Shown here piece by piece: positions 59,133-64,000 of a DNA stretch of 64,000 bases. The DNA lies in assembly GCF_000143415.4 (NCBI RefSeq), contig NW_003314275.1:2546908-2610907 (forward strand), read 5' to 3'. Each line of letters begins with the position of its first letter. Position 1 is the stretch's first letter. The stretch comes from Selaginella moellendorffii (lineage: Eukaryota > Plantae > Lycopodiophyta). The notes beneath the pieces are model-generated. The model ran no database searches, had not been told where the DNA came from, and worked only from the letters and a program-made list of their open reading frames with translations. The position numbers were made by a program, and so were the translations under genes.

Positions 59133-62100
59133 GCTCACAATCTGCCCAATTGCCCTAAGAAATTTCACTTGATTTGAAGCATCACTAAAATCATATTGAA
59201 GCCTTTGGCACTTGATCTATGCCATCTATTTGAAGTTTTTGAACCATTAGATTATAAGCATATTCATAAATAATATTTTAAAAATGGAATAAAAGACATC
59301 AGATGCCATATGCCAATAGCAAGTTTAAATAAGGGAGTTTGATTATTTGTGGTGTCACATATTCCATTTTTAGAATATTATCATTTAATTAGGACTTTTA
59401 ATTATAGAAGGATAAGATATTTAGACAAGAAGAAGATTGGAAACCTGGCTACTGGCGAAGTGGCAATTGGCTCACTCACCCCCTCCCACTCTAGCCTATT
59501 GAGCTCGTTGCATAACAACCTCACCCACATAGCTCTTATTTATTATATAACCACATCAACTACAACTGCAAGAGCAGCACATTGTCTGGTGGGATTTGCA
59601 TTGGTTAACAAGAAGCTTGTTATATTCCTTTTGAGCTTGAGTTTGGAATATATGCCTTTTGAGCTTAGAATTGACAACATAGAGGGCATAATTTGTTAGA
59701 GTAAAAAAAAAAAAAAAACCCATGAATAATAACCCTTTTTTGTATAATTTACCCTAAAAATAATTTGTTGAGAACATCTTATTCCACTTCATGCTTGTTG
59801 TTGCAATTAAAACCCATAGGATGAACAAACATTAGTATTGTTATAGCCCTTCCTGCCTTCTTCATAATCATTTTGAGATGTATAATTTTGTTTGTATATT
59901 CAAGACTTAAAATGATCTGAACAAAATAAAGTTTGCTATTAGAAATAAAAAATTGCATCCCAAGCACTTGATTATCTGTCTTCCCTAAGTAATACATTCC
60001 CCTCCTTAACACTAGTAGCTTTTGGATTATACACTATTAACACCATTAGGGAAAGATCACTATGTAGTCTTAACACATTCATCAAAAACCTTATATTGGA
60101 AAGTCTTCTCATTGTAGATTAATTTATGCATTTCCCATTCTACTTCTTTATTATGCATTTTACCAAGGTGGACGTTTATATTTTTTTTTTTGGTCCTCAA
60201 ACAATGTGTTTTTCACAACCTCAAATTTGGATTTGTTCAGAGTTATACCTATATGTATACACCTTCTAGTAAAAAATGAAGAAAGAAACATCGTGAAAAA
60301 AGAAAAAATGGATAAAAGAGTATCAAAAGAGGAATTTTTAATAGCTATTAAGGTGGAAAATGAGATAAGAAGAAGGAAATATGCTAAAAGTTTAGAGAAT
60401 ATAAAACCTTCTATTATAAAATATTTCAACCATCACAAGATAAGTAAAAGATTCATACTATTTAACTTCTTTAATGTATAATTCAACACTTGAAATGAGA
60501 AAATTAATAAAAATGTTTACACACTCAAAAGAAACTTCTCAAAAACAATAATAAAACAAAAACGTTTAACAACACCCATAATTAAAACTTTAATAAAAGT
60601 GACTTAACATTTGGAACAAAAAAATACTCTAATAAAAAACTCTGCCAATAAAATAAAATCAAGATTTTCAACTTTACACACATGCTCAACATTTAGATTA
60701 ATATGAAGAGGATAAAAAATACTCAACTCAACATTAAATTGAGAATGAGAATCATAAGAGATATAAATGATTAATATGTTAGAAGAAGGAAATACTATAG
60801 GTGAAAAAATACTATGAATATGAGAGGTGGTTTAAGTCTAGAAATAATAAAAAGTTGGGAAAGAGTAGAAGGTAAAAAGAAAAGATTAGTTGGTAGATTA
60901 AAGAATTGATATCTACCTCGCAAAATCATTAACTTATCTTCAAAACTATCCTTAAAGTAAATGAATTATTCATTAATAAAAATCCACTCAAGCTCATAAA
61001 CATCGTCTTTCCATAAACTCAATTCTTGAATATTCTCCAAAAAATTGAATTACATCATTTATAACTCTTCAATTAATATCACAATAACACTCCACATTAA
61101 TATTAAACATTAATACACTAAGAATAAAAAACACTATATAATCACATCCCATAGAAATTAAAGATGGCAATAGACTAGTGATTAGAGTAGTATCAATAAA
61201 ACACCCTACATAACATCAAAAACTTAATATAAAGAGAATTCAACCATAAAAACAACATTGTTGGATGACAATAATGATATATTATTTGTAGTTTAGAATG
61301 ACACACTCCTTGATTAATGATAACATGGCATTACAAAATTGTTAGAATCCCTCTTTACTTTTAAATTAGGGAGTTCAAACTTTAAGTGATGATGCATTTA
61401 TCTGTTTTTTCCTATGTTAAGGGGCTTTCCTTTCAACATTTAGTGACTCCATTAAAGAAGATTAATTCTTAGTCAATCCTCCCCTTAATTCTCTAGTTTT
61501 TTAGTTGTTTTTTGTGGATCGGGAGAAAATTTGTAAACAATTTGATAGCGTTAGCACTAAAAATATCCCAAAGGCAAAGATGAGTGTGTTAGATTATAAA
61601 ATTTATCATGTTATGCCAAAATTCTAGAAAAGCTTTCAGATTTTCTTCTTTTTAGACAATAAATAATGATTTTTTTTATTCTACACATGAATGATTGATG
61701 TTTTTGGGCTGTAGAGATAATGACTTATAGACCTTGTCAAACTCTTCATCTTAGCATAAAAATTGCTCAATTTAACTTTTAAAATATGACATGCAAGATA
61801 TTTTCTCTCATGGTGCAAGTAGTAGTTGGTTTGGAAGGTTATGTGTTACTATTTCTTCCACCATTTCAATCTTTATTAAGTGTTATTGGTAAATTTACTT
61901 CTGCTCTTTCTATAGATAATTTTCATATGCATTTTTGTAAACACTTAATTATTTTGAATATGGAAGAGTTCTCATGCAATCTAAGGTATTATAAAGGGAT
62001 ATTTTCTTACATGGCCAAATGGATCTTGTAAAGAGCTTTCCAAAGCACTTGATCTCACTCTTTATATGCCCTATATAAGTAGAAACATAATTAAGGTATA

Positions 62101-62879
62101 TACTTACTAGTTTTTTCAACAAGTTTTAGCAAGATTTTTATGAGATTTCTTTTGAGAGACATGTTGTATATACTTTTAGCTTCCCTTTGCATTCAATTTT
62201 GTCAATTTTCATATGCTTAATAGAGAGTTTGAATGAGTCACACTTTGTTCTTTGTTGTGAGGAGCTTTTTAAAAGCAAGTTTGGTAATTTTTATGCTTTA
62301 ATTCTATGCTTTGAATATGTGACATTATGTTTTCCCCATCTCCTTGAGTTGAGAGGCATTTTTGTGGTGTAAAGCTATGTTTTCTTACATTTTTCACTAT
62401 AGAACAAGTTTAGAGTCATTTGGAGTCTTCAAGTTTTCTTTCTAAGTGCCTAGCAAGCACATTACATATCTTTAACAATTTTGTTTTACTCAACTTAGAT
62501 CTCTCAGCAAGTATTATGATTGGGCAATTGCAATGATCTACATATTTCATGCTTGTGCATACGAGGAGTATAGGAAGTTAGTTGGTCCTTGGTTCTATGC
62601 ATGTTGGAAGTTTTCTAGGCTCTAACAGGAGTTCTATTATTATACAACTCATTTAGAGAGTAAGTGTTCTACTTTTAATACTATGTAGATCTCCCAAGTT
62701 AGTATTTGATTACAAATTTTGCTTCTGCTAGTGATCCACCACATCCACTATAACTAAGATGAGTTTTTAGCATTTTTAAGCCTCCATCAACAACTATGCA
62801 TCAATGTGACATGGCATAACCACCACCTTTATTGCCACCGATGTTAATAACATATGTTTTAGAGTAAAGAATGGAGTTG

Positions 62880-63910
62880 CCAATCTTTGAGCCAAGAATT
62901 GGAATCTCTATGGATGATCATTTTGTGTCTTTCTCTTTATATTGTGCTAACAACTGAATCACCAACAATCCGATGAAGTGTGGGGTATTTGCTCAGTTGA
63001 TGCATGGATGTATGAGATGTTGGGTTCTTTCCCTTGAGCTAGAGGAGAAGCATGATTTCAAGACCTTGGTTATGACCTTCAAGAGCACATTCTTGTAGAA
63101 GATTCTTATATAGCAACATGTTTAAAACATATTCCTCTTTCAGCAAGGAGATAATGAATTAGTCTTCAATTACATAATATGATTTAAGTCCTAAAAAATT
63201 TACCTCAACAACCATATAACAAAAGAGGAGTCCCTTGGAGTGTCAGCCTTTATGCAAGGCCTCAAGCCCAGGCCCTAGAGGAAAGTGGTCAAACATTACC
63301 ACGATGTTTATGCACACACTACAAAACTTGAGTTAAAGATGTTTCACAAGTTTAATGTCTTATTCATTGAAGAGCTCATCCAAGTCTTTTTTGCAGTTTT
63401 TTTTTGCATTTTTACTCGTGACATAACTCCCCAACTAGTCATTGAGAAAATATTTGCAGCAGTCAAATTGGTGTTATCGAAGTTCAAGGAGTAGAAGAAA
63501 ATTCTTCAACAACAACAAAAGTATCAAATCAAGTTTATAGAAGAACTCTAAGCATTGAGAATGTTTATACAAAAATGTTATCAGTGACAACCAAAATAAT
63601 GCAAGGTTGAAACACATAGCATTATTCACTATTAGAGGTTGCATTTAGAATTCTAACCACAATACACACCATTGCACAAGCAATGAATCTAGCAACAACT
63701 ATTTGTAAAAATAACCCTAGCTTCATCCTCCATAGATTATTATGAGATATTTCAATAAAGAGCCATGGAAGCACCACTAGGAAATAATCGTGCATCAGTG
63801 CATTTCGTCACCAATTCCTAGGATTTTGGCAGTAACTTAAGACTTTAATATGTGCTCTAAGTGGTGTGACTTCCTCTCTAGCTTTAGACACAACTCCCAT
63901 TCAGATCATT
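62880..63910 (+). mobile_element. Highly decayed Ty3/gypsy-like gag remnant
   Basis: Broken reading gives DFKTLVMTFKSTF...FQQGDNELVFNYII*F (gag Q..ESV..Y..RF motif), AFMQGLKP and KWCDF...HNSH knuckle-like motifs. Confidence 0.45.
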
Positions 63911-64000
63911 AAAGCCATTTTTGCTCTTGATCAGAGTGCATTCATCATCCCGGTAATGATTGTAGGGATTGATATGGAGACACTTGTCGACTCTAGCTCA

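Noticed and set aside
59353-59676. Possible solo LTR (TGTCA...TGACA with internal TATA)
   Set aside because: Flanks TGTGG and ACATA do not form a target-site duplication, and there is no second copy in the window.
59700-62800. Short ORFs in the AT-rich tract
   Set aside because: No recognisable motifs; probably decayed transposon sequence whose family I cannot assign.

Overview
This is gene-dense nuclear DNA from a seed-free land plant, most likely the lycophyte Selaginella. That assignment is inferred from the very short introns (mostly about 50-110 bp), tiny intergenic spacers, many intronless PLS-class PPR genes and cyanovirin-N-like sequences. Positions 1-54.4 kb hold about 19 protein genes: plastid aldolase, a UvrD/PcrA-type helicase, trehalase, three PPR genes (one with a DYW domain), two shikimate kinases, HslU, CHL27/CRD1, an intron-rich GAE, PADRE/DUF4228, RPA1, a CDKC-like kinase, PFA-DSP, ATOS/FAM214, a METTL21-like methyltransferase, Sec61beta, an NDUFAF2-like gene and two small unknown genes. 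The same stretch has an initiator tRNA-Met, two decayed Ty1/copia elements and several pseudogenes. From about 54.4 kb the DNA becomes AT-rich, with a scrambled, triplicated mosaic of ACBP-kelch and PDH-E1alpha fragments followed by decayed transposon sequence. Highlights: (1) intron-rich nuclear genes for two bacterial-type machines with organellar presequences, HslU and a UvrD/PcrA helicase; (2) two decayed CVNH lectin genes, one split by a mini copia element whose primer-binding site matches the variant tRNA-iMet in this window; (3) fold-back hairpins in a copia remnant and a miRNA-like hairpin below a TATA box; (4) six probable GC-AG introns. Exon boundaries were read by eye, and spliced genes are given as start-to-stop spans.
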